Shown: positions 12,845 through 29,577 of the stretch, piece by piece | Position numbering within the stretch: the stretch's first letter is position 1 | How the letters are laid out: every line of letters starts with the position of its first letter | Assembly: GCA_964016885.1 (NCBI GenBank) | Contig: CAXHJY010000133.1 | Coordinates: 248,001-312,000, forward strand | Reading direction: 5' to 3' | Length of the DNA stretch: 64,000 nt | Source: Eledone cirrhosa | Taxonomy: Eukaryota | Notes under the pieces: generated by a model | Database searches by the model: none | What the model was told of the DNA's origin: nothing | Seen by the model: only the letters and a program-made list of their open reading frames with translations | Position numbers and translations under genes: made by a program

Positions 12845-14290
12845 TAGACATTCCAGATTGTGACCATCCAGTCTTACACCACCTCTCTCTTACCACCTTA
12901 CTACCACCATCACCACCATCTTCCTCGCCACCACCCAGGTACAAAGCATAATGTTACCTGCTCGACCTTGCTAGAAATAACAGTCAAATCCACCTTGTAT
13001 TCTGAGACACTCCAGATTGTGACCATCCAGTCTGACACCCCCCCCCAACCATCACTACCACTACCAGCACCACCACCAACACCCCCGCCACCATCACACC
13101 ACCCAGGAACATAGCATAATGTTACCTGCTCGACCTTGCTAGAAATAACAGTCAAATCTACCTTATATTCTAAGACATTCCTGATTGTGACCATCCAGTC
13201 ATAATCCCTGCTCCTCTCTTCCTCACCACCACTACACCATCACCACTATCATCACCACCATACCACCACCACCACCACCACCACCATCATCATCACCACA
13301 CCACCACCACCACCACCATCATCACTACACCACCACCACCACCACCACCATCATCACCACACCACCACCATCATCACCACACCACCACCACCACCATCAT
13401 CACCACACCACCACCCAGGTCCCATTGTGACCATCCAGTCTTACACCCCCTCTTTCTCACCATCAACACCACCACCACCACCATCATCACCACACCATCA
13501 ACACCACCACAACCACTACCACCACCACCACCATCATCAACACACCTCCACCACCTCCACCACCCAGGAACATAGCATTATGTTACCTGCTCGACCTTGC
13601 TAGAAATAAGTCAAATCAACTTTATATTCTAAGACATTCCAGATTGTGACCATCCAGTCTTAACCCCCTCCCCCCCACTACTCCCCCTCCACCACCACAG
13701 CCATCACTACCACACCACCACCCAGCTACATAACAATGTTACCTGCTCGACCTTGCTAGAAATAACAGTTAAATCCACCTTATATTCTTAGACATTCCTC
13801 TCTTCTCCACCACCGCCACTGTTACCACCACGACCACAACACAGGTCCCAGGACCTTGCTAGAAATAACAGTCAAATCAACCTTATATTCTAAGACATTC
13901 CAGATTGGGCCCATCCAGTTTTACACCCCTTCTCCTCTTATTCCTCACCACCACCGCCATCAGCACCACCACCACCATCACCATCATCACCACCACCATT
14001 ACCAGCATCATTACCACCACCACCTCCACCACCACCCCTACCATCGTCATCACAACCACCACCACCACCACCATCACGACTACTGCCACCACCACCACCA
14101 CCACCACTACCATCGTCATCACAACCACCACCATTATTACCACCACCACCACCACCACCATCACGACTACAGCCACCACCACCACCACCACTACCAAAAC
14201 CCAGCTACATAGCATAATATTTACCCCGGAAGAAGCTTCGACGTAGTCACCCGACCCTGCTAGAAATAACAGCCAAATTCTCCTCATATT
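12845..14290. repeat. Tandem array of ~6-7 conserved ~80 bp cores separated by variable (ACC)n tracts
   Basis: Recurrent GTTACCTGCTCGACCTTGCTAGAAATAACAGTCAAATC..AGACATTCCAGATTGTGACCATCCAGTC. Confidence 0.8.
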
Positions 14291-14587
14291 CGTCCCTCAC
14301 TCCCTCCCACACACACCCTATCGTTTTGTGGCTGTTGCTGTTGTTTTTAAAAAAAAAACCTGACATGTTGGGAATAACATGTGGCTCTATAAATTCTCTT
14401 GTCTACGTGTAGGAGAAAACAAAAATAAAAAGACAAGATGGCCACGACTGGAACTGGAATGCTTTTGATCAAGTCAACGACTCTCGGGTCCCAAATCATC
14501 AAATCATAGGGAAATCTGTAATTGTATAGTTCGTAAATATGGGATTTCTTGTAATGTTCTTTTTGTTGGCATATATAATGTTTTTTT

Positions 14588-14670
<83 letters not shown>

Positions 14671-14759
14671 AAAATGTTTAACCCCGACGGCAGAGCTCAA
14701 ACCGTTTCGACGGCTATTTCTGGACTGAAAGCTGGTTCCTTACCACACCTCCTTCGTTA

Positions 14760-14795
<36 letters not shown>

Positions 14796-15062
14796 AGGGG
14801 CCAGAAATAGATAGCCGTCGAAACGGCTTGAGCTCTGCCGTCGGGTCATACATTTTCCTATAGAGGGGTGTAAATAATATATAATATTTAATCTAACAAA
14901 GAGGGTGTGGTAAGATACCGGGTGGAGGATTTGGCACCAGAGTACTCGATACTTGGGGTAGTAGAGAGGGTAATACCATACTGGTGGTTTAGTTCGGATC
15001 TAGCTGTGGAAACGGCCGGAGCTCAGCCGTTGGGGTCCTGAATCTTTTCATATATATTAATC

Positions 15063-15105
<43 letters not shown>

Positions 15106-15204
15106 GTTAAGTATTTCTGTAGAAAAGGTAAAGGAAAGAGTGCTCTATGTATTGTACAGAGCTATTTAATTTAAATATATAAATATATATATATATTTAT
15201 TTAA

Positions 15205-15385
15205 GTTTATCTCAGGTTCAATCGGGAGGTAACCACAGTAAGTAAGGTACTCAATACAAAGCAGAGTATAAATATTTAATATAGAAAGGCTTCTACTGGA
15301 CTAGAACTGTTTCATTCGGTAGAAATCATCAGGAAGCCCTGATGATTTTTACCGAATGAAACAGTTCTAGTCTTGTAGAAGCCTT
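15205..15385. mobile_element. Fold-back PLE 3' end with compact hammerhead (family also 9212-9370, 18170-18290, 18825-18955, 22650-22850, 25545-25685, 36080-36225, 56010-56140)
   Basis: CTGATGA-TTT(C)..GAAT-GAAAC-AGTTCTA-GTC; inverted arms centred at ~15335. Confidence 0.65.
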
Positions 15386-15399
15386 TATATATATATATA

Positions 15400-15592
15400 T
15401 AGGAACGAGTAGGACCCCGACGGCTGAGCTCAAGCCGTTTCGACGGCTAATTCTGGACTTAGAATTAGCCGTCGAAACGGCTTGAGCTCAGCCGTCGGGG
15501 TCCTACTCGTTCCTATTACCCACTCTACTACCCTAAGTATTGAGTACTTTGGTGCGTTATGGTCCACCTGGTTCCTTACCACATTTCCTTCG

Positions 15593-15595
<3 letters not shown>
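15400..15595. mobile_element. GC-rich fold-back family member
   Basis: Inverted arms 15400-15515 plus shared 3' terminus abutting (TA)n. Confidence 0.65.
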
Positions 15596-15659
<64 letters not shown>

Positions 15660-16400
15660 AAAATGTCTGTCTGTATGCAGGCGATGCATTTTCAGTTTCC
15701 ACCCGATTTTGTTCAAATTTGATACATAGGTTATTTAGCTCCCGGAGCATGTCAACGTATAGTTTAAAATCTTTCTCTCTCCCCTAACATAGCAGAGTTC
15801 TGGGCCTATTTAAAGACGAACATGTTTGAGAGAGAGAGAAGAAGGCGTGGAGGGGGGGGGGGGTCTTCATTTACAAGTGGCGAAAGGTATGTCCAGCAAC
15901 GACGGGATCTTTTGCTATGCTGTATCGATATGAATCACTTACAATAAATAAAATTTCGCCGATGATAGATTAGCAAAATCTAATAAGCAAAGAGCGGGGG
16001 GGGGGGGGGGGGGGGGGGGCATTATAAAAGATCTGAGAGTATACGTCAACAACAACAACAATAACAACCTCGGAATATAAGTAGGACGTGTGTTGATGAA
16101 AATGATGGTGGTGATGATGATGGTGATGAGATGATAATGATGGTGGTGGTGATGGTTGGAACAATATTTTGGCTGCTATTTCTAGCAACCAAAGTGACCA
16201 CATTACAAGCTTCCCTTGCAACAAACGGTGTCATTGTTATTGTGGTGATGGTAGTAGTAGTAGTAGTAGTGGTGTTATTGTTTTGGTGGTAGTAGTAGTA
16301 GTGGTGGTGTTTTTGTGGTAGTAGTAGTAGTGGTGTTGGTGTTATTGTTTTTGTGGTGGTGGTGGTAGTAGTAGTAGTGATGGTGGTGTTAGTTATTGCG

Positions 16401-16442
<42 letters not shown>

Positions 16443-16468
16443 ATAGTGGTGGTGTTATTGTTATTGCG

Positions 16469-16500
<32 letters not shown>

Positions 16501-17006
16501 GGTGTTGATGGTGTTATTGCGGTGATGGTAGTAATAGTAGTCGTAGTGGGGGTGTTCTTGTTTTTGAGGTAGTAGTAGTAGTAGTGGTAGTGGTGGTGGT
16601 AGTAGTAGTAGTTGCAGACTTAACATATGATTAAAGACACGCCAGCCATGCCCAACAAATCGCAATTTCAGACATATTACAATGAAGTTATTTATAGATG
16701 TATCGAGTACGTATGTATGTATATGTGTGTGTATATGTGTAAATGTATGTGTGTGTATGTATGTATGTATGTATGTATGTATGTATGTGTGTGTGTGTGT
16801 GTTTTATTATGTATGTATGTATGTATGTGTGTGTGTATGCATGTATGTATGTAAATATGTAAATATGTGCGTATGTATGTGTGTATATATGTATAAACGT
16901 ATGTATGTGTGTGTATAAATATACATGTATGTATGTGTATGTGTAAATGTGTTTGTATATATATATATATATATGTGTATGTATATATGTATATGACTGT
17001 GTAGTA

Positions 17007-17038
<32 letters not shown>

Positions 17039-17426
17039 TCAGAGTGTCCTTCCACTTTTGAAAATCGTTGGAGGTAATTTTAGAGAAATTCTGGCTGCTA
17101 TTTCTAGCGTCTGAACCGACCACCAAAACGAACCCCATCGCCGAACTCTTAGACTGAAATATTAGAAGGGTGGGTCTTTCGTTGACAAAATTACCGTTAT
17201 TGTTGTTGTTGTTATTGTAGTTTAGACTCCACCAGGTCAACCTAGCAACCTAGGTGCAGCTTGTCCTTAACACAAAAACAAAAACTGTTCCAAACGTGAC
17301 CAGCACGTCGATTTTATCTGTTTTTTTCTTGTTTGTTTTCGTTCGTTTTTCATAAATTACTACTCATTTTCATATATTATATACACACGTATCATCATAA
17401 TATTTTAACGTCCATTTTCCACGCTA

Positions 17427-17517
<91 letters not shown>

Positions 17518-17574
17518 CTGCCAAGACTGGAATTGAACCATCAACACAGTTGAGGTATGTCATACATCAATTTA

Positions 17575-17646
17575 TGTATTTTATCTGATGAGGACGTACT
17601 GAAAAAAACACAGCACAGTACCCCCGAAATATATATAATAAAATAT
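17575..17646 (+). ncRNA. Minimal type I hammerhead ribozyme
   Basis: TATTTTAT-CTGATGA-GGACGTACTG..CAGTACCCCC-GAAA-TATATA-TA^ATAAAATA; 8-bp stem I. Confidence 0.65.
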
Positions 17647-17819
17647 ATTTTGATTAAGTGAATGTCTACATTTATTAATATTTTGAATTAATATATATAT
17701 ATATGTATGTATGTATGTCTGTAATAGGTAAACAGAAATAACAACACAATCGGTACAGTATATGGAAGGTATATATTAACGCTTGATGTAGCAGGAAGAG
17801 GGTCATATATATATATACC

Positions 17820-17900
<81 letters not shown>

Positions 17901-18357
17901 ATACCCCCCCCCCCCCCAAAAAAAAAATACAACACATGCCTATATATATGTTAATATGTATATATACGTGTGTATGTATGTTTACAATATGCCACAGTGG
18001 TTATCATATGCAGTATAAAAATATCTGCTTGTTATTGTCTGTTATGCATAAATTTTCCAACCATACTGTATATCTACGACTAATATATACATACATAAAC
18101 ATGTATATATTATATATAAATATATATGTAAAGCTTTTCCGGGGGGGGGGGGGGGAACGAAAAGGAACCACGGTTAAATAAAGTACTTAATACATTAGTA
18201 GAGAAGGTATATATATATATATATATATATATTTCTATATAGAAATGACTTCTACAGGACTAGAACTGTTTCATTCCTTTGAAATCACTCTACTATCCTA
18301 AGTATTGAGTACTTTGGTGCGTTATGGTCCATCTGGTTCCTTACCACATTTCCTTCG

Positions 18358-18420
<63 letters not shown>

Positions 18421-18642
18421 CCATTGCATTTCCAAGACGTGAAGGTACGTGGTTTGAGGAAGAGACTTGGCTGGTGTTTCTAGCAAATATAATGAATATA
18501 TATAAGATTCATTGCTGGTTTGTTGCCTACATCACAATCTTCTTTAGAGATTGTTGTTGTTATTTAGCCCTAGGTTTGTATCATTGATCCAGCTTCCCTA
18601 TAATATATACAAAGACAGTCCGGTCGTGACAACCACCCCGAC

Positions 18643-18675
<33 letters not shown>

Positions 18676-18951
18676 ATCAATGAAGCGGTGTGAGCTCAGC
18701 CGTCGGGCACTAATTGTGTGTGTGTGTGTATATATATATATACACACACACACACGATGTCCCCAAAAATGTATACAATGCTGTTGAAGTATGTATACAT
18801 TTTTTTGACACCCTGTATATAAGTAGATCCCGAGTTGAGTTGGGGGGTAACCACAGTAAATAAGGCACTCAATACATGTGTAAAGAGAAGACAAGTTAAT
18901 ATAAAAAAGGCTTCTACGTGACTAGAACTGTTTCATTCGTATGAAATCATC

Positions 18952-18989
<38 letters not shown>

Positions 18990-19165
18990 TGGCGGTATTT
19001 GGCTGCTATTTCACTAATGGGGTGGTGTGAACACTTGCTCACCCGTTTCATATATTAAGGGTGTATATTATATTTAGATTGTTACTATTTATTTAAACGA
19101 CGCGACGACGAACAGGGTGGATGGAATGTTACAATATTTAATTTGATAGAAGCAGCCAAGATGTA

Positions 19166-19210
<45 letters not shown>

Positions 19211-19305
19211 TAAACAAATAATGAATAAAACAATGAAACAGTTCCTTGATACATTGAGTTCTTCATACGGATTGGACACTACCGTAAACTCTTGGTAGAT
19301 TTATC

Positions 19306-19410
<105 letters not shown>

Positions 19411-19739
19411 TTGACGGATGAGATAAAGGAGTACTCAATACCTCAAGTTGAGTGTTATAGTCAATATTAATAAGGCTAAACCCCGCTGAGGTTAACTTTG
19501 CCTTTCATCCTTACGGGATTGATAAAATAAAGTACCAGTAATGAACTGGGGTAATATTATGAGAGATAATTATGCGAGGTAAAGCCTTTACCATGAAAAT
19601 ATAATAGTATGTATAGAGTAATGTGAATGCTAAAGGGTTAAATCATTTTGAATTCCTCACGTTTCAAGAGAGATGTATATCAAATTATTTGAATAATGTT
19701 TTCACTATCATATATAATTTTCTACATACAATTGAGTTT

Positions 19740-19781
<42 letters not shown>

Positions 19782-19905
19782 CGTGTGTTTGGCCTTTAAC
19801 GTTTGTTATAGCTCTGGTTCATCTGAATCATTGAGCACTTGCCTCACATCTCGGAGGTTGTTTTTCGTTATTTCGTAAGTCGAAATGCGAATCTCGATAA
19901 TTTAT

Positions 19906-19957
<52 letters not shown>

Positions 19958-19959
<2 letters not shown>

Positions 19960-20420
19960 AAAGTTATATTTAAATTGTTGGGTTACAACTAGTAAATATT
20001 AATAACTGATATAAAAGCACTCGACAAGTATTTGGAGTATATTTACGATATTAAATAAATGGAAACTATATTTATAAAACCATATTTATTTCATTATATA
20101 TATTTCAGGGATATCATATTAACAATATGCTATGCCTTCCTCAGACAAAATACAATATAAACAGTTTTATAGATAAATATATTTGACATACCGTACAACA
20201 TCGACTTGTATTTGAAAAGTTGAATTGGCAGTTCAGCCAATTCAACTTTTCAAATACAAGTCGATGTTGTACGGTATGTCAAATATATTTATCTATAAAA
20301 CTGTTTATATTGTATTTTGTCTGAGGAAGGCATAGCATATTGTTAATATGATATCCCTGAAATATATATAATGAAATAAATATGGTTTTATAAATATAGT
20401 TTCCATTTATTTAATATCGT
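19958..20420. mobile_element. Fold-back PLE 3' end with hammerhead (same family as 6172-6586)
   Basis: Palindrome centred at ~20233; CTGAGGA at 20321 and GAAA at 20359. Confidence 0.75.
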
Positions 20421-20669
20421 ATATATATATATATATATTATATATATATAAAGCTATGCCCAACAACAAAATACAACACATGCCCGTACTGGCCAAAACA
20501 CACCAATTATATATTCAAATTTATAACGACAACAGAAAAATCCTTCGTGCCAAATATATGTTTGTGCATATAAATGTATGCATATGTATTTAAGTATGTA
20601 TGTGTATATATATATATATGTGTGTGTGTATATAGGGAGAGTTAGGCAGGGACATAGATCGATCGATAG

Positions 20670-20704
<35 letters not shown>

Positions 20705-20916
20705 TGGTAACATGACAAACAGGATAGATAAATAGATAGACAGATGAATAGATAGATAGATAGATAGATAGACAGATAGATAAATAGCCGGATAGATAGA
20801 CAGACAGACAAAAATCCACATTAATTAAGTAACTATGTTTGTGAGTTCGGGTTTCGGGTGTTTGTGCGTTTGTGTTTGTAATTTAGTGAACAGTGATGGG
20901 GTTTGTCTTTACTTAC

Positions 20917-21270
20917 CTCGGCTGGTCGGATAGCAGTGTGGTCAGTGTCCGAATTAACAAGGACACTCTTGGGACGAAAGCAGGCCCCGTCCGGTAAGTC
21001 GTCCGGGTGGAATTCTTTTTCCTTTTCCTCGCTCTCTTCGTTCGGTGTGTCCGAAGACTGTTGTTCGACCGAAGCCAAATCGTCGTTGACAAACGATAAT
21101 ACATCGGCAGTTGTAGTCGGTAGAGCGCTAGATGAGGAGCTATTGGCGGCTCGCAGCATTCCCATACAGATTGCATGACTGCTCGTTTGTTCCCAAATCC
21201 TCTCTCGTTTCTCTCCGACTTCCTTAGTATCTGGAACATCGAAATATCGTTTAGCTTTTTTCAAATACAT
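20917..21270 (-). CDS. Probable first coding exon of an unidentified host gene (start codon uncertain)
   Basis: Single-copy, GC-richer, non-repetitive ORF MYLKKAKR...DHTAIRPAE ending at consensus donor GAG|GTAAGT (intron starts 20916); promoter motifs ~560-630 bp upstream. Confidence 0.65.
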
Positions 21271-21736
21271 TATATGTATGTATCTATCCCTTTTCTCTCT
21301 TCTCTCTATCTATCTATATATATATTTATATATATATATATATAGATAGATAGATGGATATATAGGTAACTATCTATATATGTGTGTGTACGTGTGTGTG
21401 TTTATATATGTAGATATATTTTTAGCGATTTAGGTTGGGGGGGTCACCCCCTCCTATCCTTCTCTTCTGCTTCACAATCATACACCTCTTCTTCTTCGTT
21501 TTCTACGTCGTTTTCTTCGTTTTCTTTTTCGTTTTCGTCGTCTTCGTCTCCTTTTCATCTAGGAGACGGATTTCGCATCGCTTCTTTCTTCTTCTTTTCT
21601 TTCTCTTCTTTGAAATCTTGCTGCTACTACATCGCATCACATCGCATCGCATCACATTTGCATTTGCATTTGCATCGTATCATAATTATCACATCACATC
21701 ACATTTTTCGCAACCTCCTTGTATATGGTTGTCGTT

Positions 21737-21767
<31 letters not shown>

Positions 21768-21826
21768 CCGTTGTCGCCGTTTCATTTCTTTTTATCGCTC
21801 CTCTCAGCCTGAAAGCGAGGCAAGCA

Positions 21827-21913
21827 CCGCCATCTTACAAGCAGAAATGATGATATTAACTCTGTGACCTCGCCAGCCTTCACACTTGTCATCACTTCCG
21901 GGTCACGCTGTGA
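21827..21913 (-). promoter_or_regulatory. Candidate TATA-less Pol II promoter/TSS region
   Basis: YY1-type AAGATGGCGG (21827-21836) and ETS-type CCGGAAGT (21894-21901) upstream of the exon. Confidence 0.5.
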
Positions 21914-22125
21914 CCCCCCCCCCCCCTCTTTCTTGCCCCTCTCTCCTTCACACTGTATCAGTCTGTCGGTCCTTCTCTATCTGTCTGTTTCTCTTCCTCA
22001 TACTCTCCCTCCTCTGCTGTAACGTTTATACACATATACCCGAAAATATAAATAAAGCACGATAAACAAATTATATATGCATATATAATATATATATATA
22101 TAGAGAGAGAGAGACAGATGGTTCG

Positions 22126-22229
<104 letters not shown>

Positions 22230-22545
22230 ACACATATTAATAAAATAGATTTTCTTTTGATCAATTAAATTTTATTATACATATTTCAGAGGTACAAAAG
22301 TACGTCCTCATCAGACAAAATATAATGATACATGACATACCCTGAGATGTTAAATGGTTAAGATTTAATCAAGGTAGTACCTCTGAAATATGTATAATAA
22401 AATTTAATTGATCAAAAGAACATCTATTTTATTAATATTTGTATTTTAATATTAATAAAACTCTGGAAAATATTTTATTTGTAGAGTGCTTCCAATCTAC
22501 TGTAAAACTCATTCTTTGATGTACTCATTGAATCTTGTTTAACTC

Positions 22546-22850
<305 letters not shown>

Positions 22851-22859
22851 AAAAAAATA

Positions 22860-22927
<68 letters not shown>

Positions 22928-23206
22928 TTCATAATATTAACAAAAATAGACATTCGTGAGATCAAGTATATTTTATTATACATATTTCAGAGGTACTGAG
23001 CTATCTTCAACAGTACGTCCTCATCAGATAAATTAAGATGATGCATGACATACCCTGACTAAGTAGATGGTTAAAATTCAGTCATGGCAGTCATATTGTT
23101 AATATTTTGAATTAATATTAACAACTCCGGAAAACCATTATCGTGGAGTGCTTCTAATCTATTGTAAAACTTTATTCTTTGATTTATTCATTGAACCTTG
23201 TTTAAC

Positions 23207-23260
<54 letters not shown>

Positions 23261-23442
23261 TAAGGTCTGGTAAAATACCAGGTGGACAATAACCCACCAG
23301 ACTACTCGATACTTCGGGTAGTAGTGTGGGTAGTATGAAAAGATTCAGGACCCCGAAACGGCCGGCACTTAGCGCCGGGGTCTTCAATCTTTTTATATAT
23401 ATATATAACGGCTTGAGCTCTGCCGTCTGGGTCCTACATTTT

Positions 23443-23522
<80 letters not shown>

Positions 23523-23812
23523 GACGTATTATATTCGTTTTTTCCCGTTCTTTGCCAGGGAACGTTTCCAAGAACCAAAGTATCGTCTTCCTGTGTTCCT
23601 CCGATTGCAACGTTTTTTGAAATATTCACTTCTGCGTTTACAGATTGACTTTGTTAGTTTCAGAAGATCCCGTTAAGGGTGAAAGCAGCGATTCTTTGCT
23701 TAAACTTTAATCTGTTATTTTAATAAATATTTGCTCGACGGTTCTTATATATTTGATATATATTTATCCTTATCGGACCCTCTTTGGATTTTAGTCTTAA
23801 AATTTATTATTA

Positions 23813-23883
<71 letters not shown>

Positions 23884-23888
23884 CATGT

Positions 23889-23939
<51 letters not shown>

Positions 23940-23957
23940 TTTATATCGATCTTTATA

Positions 23958-24124
23958 TAGGAAAATAGTCAAGACCCCGACGGCAGAGCTCAAATCGAGC
24001 CGCCGAAACAGCTTGAACTCTGCCGTCGAGGTCTTGACTCTTTTCCTATCACCCACTCTACTACCCAAAGTATCGAATACTCTGGTGCGTTATGGTCCAC
24101 CTGGTTCCTTACCACTCTTCCTTC

Positions 24125-24128
<4 letters not shown>
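23958..24128. mobile_element. GC-rich fold-back family member
   Basis: Inverted arms and shared terminus ending CTTCGTTA at a (CT)n tract. Confidence 0.6.
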
Positions 24129-25158
<1,030 letters not shown>

Positions 25159-25219
25159 CAAATGTATACATATTTTTATTGGAATGCTGTTGAAGTGAGT
25201 ATACATTTTTGGCGGCACC

Positions 25220-25316
<97 letters not shown>

Positions 25317-25456
25317 GTGGGAGGGGTGATATATCGACTGCGGAACATAATGGTTTCATCTGGTCAAGCTTTAGCATATATCTCTACTCATTCTGCTTCT
25401 CCCCATGTATTGAGTACTCCTTTGATAGGTACTCTCCCCGGTCTCAGCACCACAGA

Positions 25457-25506
<50 letters not shown>

Positions 25507-25682
25507 CTCTCTGCCTCTCTCTCTCAATATATATATCTATATTGATAATTTCTTTCGAATGAAACAGTTCTGGTCCTGTAGAAGCCATTTCTGTTAAATT
25601 ATGTTAAGTTTGATGTTTGTTTGCACTCTACTAATGTATTGAGTACCTTACTTACTGTGGCTACTCCCGTGAAGCCGGGACT

Positions 25683-25781
<99 letters not shown>

Positions 25782-25793
25782 GCACGCACACAC

Positions 25794-25878
<85 letters not shown>

Positions 25879-25879
<1 letters not shown>

Positions 25880-26125
25880 AAATAACAGGAGGCTGGACTG
25901 GTGTAATTCCTTAAAGGTTTATTATACTATGAACATTTCAATGATTCAATGACCGGGTTCAGTTTGAATCCGGTGACATCATCAGGTATCCAGAAATTTA
26001 TCCAACAAAGGAATATAATAGACACAATCCAAGGGGCTGAAAAGCAGAGAGAAATGCCCAGTGACTTGAAGGCGGCCGCCGGGACTAGCAACTGATAATT
26101 TTTAGCCATCTTCTCGTCTTGGGCA
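25879..26125 (-). mobile_element. PLE 3' end with hammerhead (family also 33265-33490 minus, 58440-58735 plus)
   Basis: Minus strand ATAC-CTGATGA..GAAA-TGTTCA-TA^GTAT-AATAAA. Confidence 0.6.
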
Positions 26126-26313
26126 TTATATATATTGTTATACTTGGGGAGGGTCATATTGTTGTAATAATATTGCCAAAAATAATAACGGAACACACTC
26201 ACTGTTTGGTTTTGGTTGGTTTTCGCTTCTGTATCTTTTATATCTCCATAATTAATTTATTTGGCCATCAATGTTTATCACTGACTGACCAACGGTCAAA
26301 AATACAGATATAA

Positions 26314-26350
<37 letters not shown>

Positions 26351-26451
26351 AATAAAGTTCTTTCGTTGCACATCTGCAACATCATCAGTGGTACTATTAT
26401 GTTTCCTCCCGTTGTATTGTATGTCTACGCCATATATATATATATATATAA

Positions 26452-26548
<97 letters not shown>

Positions 26549-26554
26549 ATATAA

Positions 26555-26606
<52 letters not shown>

Positions 26607-26612
26607 GTATAT

Positions 26613-26680
<68 letters not shown>

Positions 26681-26753
26681 GTATATATAGATGTATATAT
26701 ATATATATATATATGTTATATATATGTATATATATATATACATAACATATAAC

Positions 26754-26793
<40 letters not shown>

Positions 26794-26876
26794 GTATATA
26801 TATGTATATATATGTATATATACATATACATATATATATATACATATATATACATATATACATATATATATATATG

Positions 26877-27020
<144 letters not shown>

Positions 27021-27178
27021 AGAAAAACCACAGACCCTCCATCTCAACTTTACTTTTGAAAAGCAGAAGAACTGCGAAACCAGTGAATGAACCAAATAAA
27101 TATATATATTTTTTTAAATAAGACTCCAGTTGCATTTTCGATTTCATCTTATTTTCTCTCTCTCTCTCTCTCTCTCTA

Positions 27179-27235
<57 letters not shown>

Positions 27236-27531
27236 AACATAACACACGTAGCCAAACACACTCACTTATATGCGTGAATGCACACAAATACACTCATATA
27301 TGCACACATATATACACAGTGACATTATATAAATATTATATATCCTCTGTGACAAGTGTTTGTCCTAGTTTTAGAGCTGACTACAACAAATTCCTCCCTC
27401 TCTCCCACTCTCTTTACCTCACTCTCAATCTCTCTTTTTCTCCCCTCCCCCCTCTCTCTCTCTCGCTCGCTCTATCTCTCCCAGGAAGTCACTTACTTAA
27501 CATTGACCGTGAATTGTGTAGGGTGTAACTA

Positions 27532-27602
<71 letters not shown>

Positions 27603-27615
27603 GTGTGTGTATGTA

Positions 27616-27670
<55 letters not shown>

Positions 27671-27682
27671 ATGTGTGTATAC

Positions 27683-27732
<50 letters not shown>

Positions 27733-27799
27733 AATTATATATACACACACATACACATTAAAATGTAATTAATATGTATGTATACACAATATTTCCAAA

Positions 27800-27802
27800 T
27801 AT

Positions 27803-27859
<57 letters not shown>

Positions 27860-27916
27860 AGCAACAACAACAACTACTACTACTACTACTACTATTACTA
27901 CTACTACTGCTGCTGG

Positions 27917-27955
<39 letters not shown>

Positions 27956-27964
27956 AACAACAAA

Positions 27965-27996
<32 letters not shown>

Positions 27997-28074
27997 TTAC
28001 TACTACTACTGCTGCTAGTGCTGCTACTACTACTACTACTACTACTACTATTACTACTACTACTGCTGCTGGTG

Positions 28075-28132
<58 letters not shown>

Positions 28133-28144
28133 AACAACAACAAA

Positions 28145-28183
<39 letters not shown>

Positions 28184-28232
28184 AACAACAAATACTACTA
28201 CTACTACTACTACTACAACAACAACAACAACT
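27800..28232. repeat. (ACT/ACA)n trinucleotide tract
   Basis: Direct inspection. Confidence 0.9.
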
Positions 28233-28371
28233 AAGAATCAACGCGAGGTTGAAAGATAAACAAGGAGCCGGTCCATGCCAGATGTGAAAATTAATACTGA
28301 TTCCGGCCACTTGTGAAGTGTTGTGGGCATTGTAGTGTTGGTTCTAAAAGTATTGGTTGCCAGGAAGAGAC

Positions 28372-28419
<48 letters not shown>

Positions 28420-28444
28420 GTATATATATATATATATATGAATA

Positions 28445-28475
<31 letters not shown>

Positions 28476-28515
28476 ATATATGTAAAAACAAATTTTTAAC
28501 TTAATTATATATATG

Positions 28516-28550
<35 letters not shown>

Positions 28551-28821
28551 GTATATATACCAATATATTAATAAATGGCAACTATATTTATAAAACCATA
28601 TTTATTTAATTATATATATTTTATTATATATATTTCAAAATAAATATAGTTTCCATTTATTAATATCTTGGAATATTTACTCCAGTAAACTGTTGAGTGC
28701 TCTATATCAGTTATAAACATTTATGTTTGTTGGAATTCTAACAAATTAAATATAACTTCTACATATATGTATATATATGTATATATATATATACATACAG
28801 ACAATTATATATACATACATA

Positions 28822-29577
28822 CAGGGGCCTCGTTTGCTTTAAAAATGTAAGGGGGACAAACCAACATTTGTTGATTCTTAAAGGAGCATAAATTGCTTAT
28901 GGTGCTTTTTGCGGACCTTGTCATATAAGTAAAATTTTACGCTAATTAAATTTTATATATTCAAATGAAGTTCAGATATAAAAAAATAAGCTTAAAAAGA
29001 ATTTATTATATGAAATTTAAAAAATATATATATAGACGTTTGAAAAAGTGTGTGGTGGCGGCGGCGGTGGTGGTGGTGGGGGTCTTGTTCCATGGTAACC
29101 CCCTGAAACAAGACCCTTGCATTCATACAAGGGCCTTGGACAAACCACCAGGAACGGGAGAGAAGCCATCTTTTGTCCCCCCTACTTTTTCCCAATTAAA
29201 AAACAAAGAAAATCTCACTAACAAGTCATACATATATGTATAATACATATTTTTACATGTTTATTTATGTGTGTATATTTATATGAATATATATATAGAT
29301 CGTAAGTTGCAATCGGTATTGAATTTTGTTCGTTCGATATTTACATCCATTTGCTAAAAATTAAAAATGTTGTTTATTTGATATAATAAATTCTTTTTAA
29401 GCCTATTTTTTTTTTATTACTGAACTTCATTTGAATATATAAAATTTAATTAGCGTAAAATTGTCCTTATGTGATAGGGCCCGGGAAAGGCACCATAAGC
29501 AATACTAATATGGTCCTTTAAGAATCAACAAATGTTGGTTTGTTCCCCTCACATTTTAAAGGCAAACGAGGCCCCTG
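28822..29577. mobile_element. Non-autonomous hAT-like MITE with ~190 bp imperfect TIRs
   Basis: CAGGGGCCTCGTTTGC...GCAAACGAGGCCCCTG; 8-bp TSD-like CATACATA/CATTCATA. Confidence 0.75.

Noticed and set aside
12845-14290. Repeat-spacer pattern resembling CRISPR
   Set aside because: Eukaryotic context, repeats too long, spacers are (ACC)n, and no cas genes.
15657-15920. Possible non-autonomous Helitron-like element
   Set aside because: Single copy here with imperfect termini; cannot be supported without a database.
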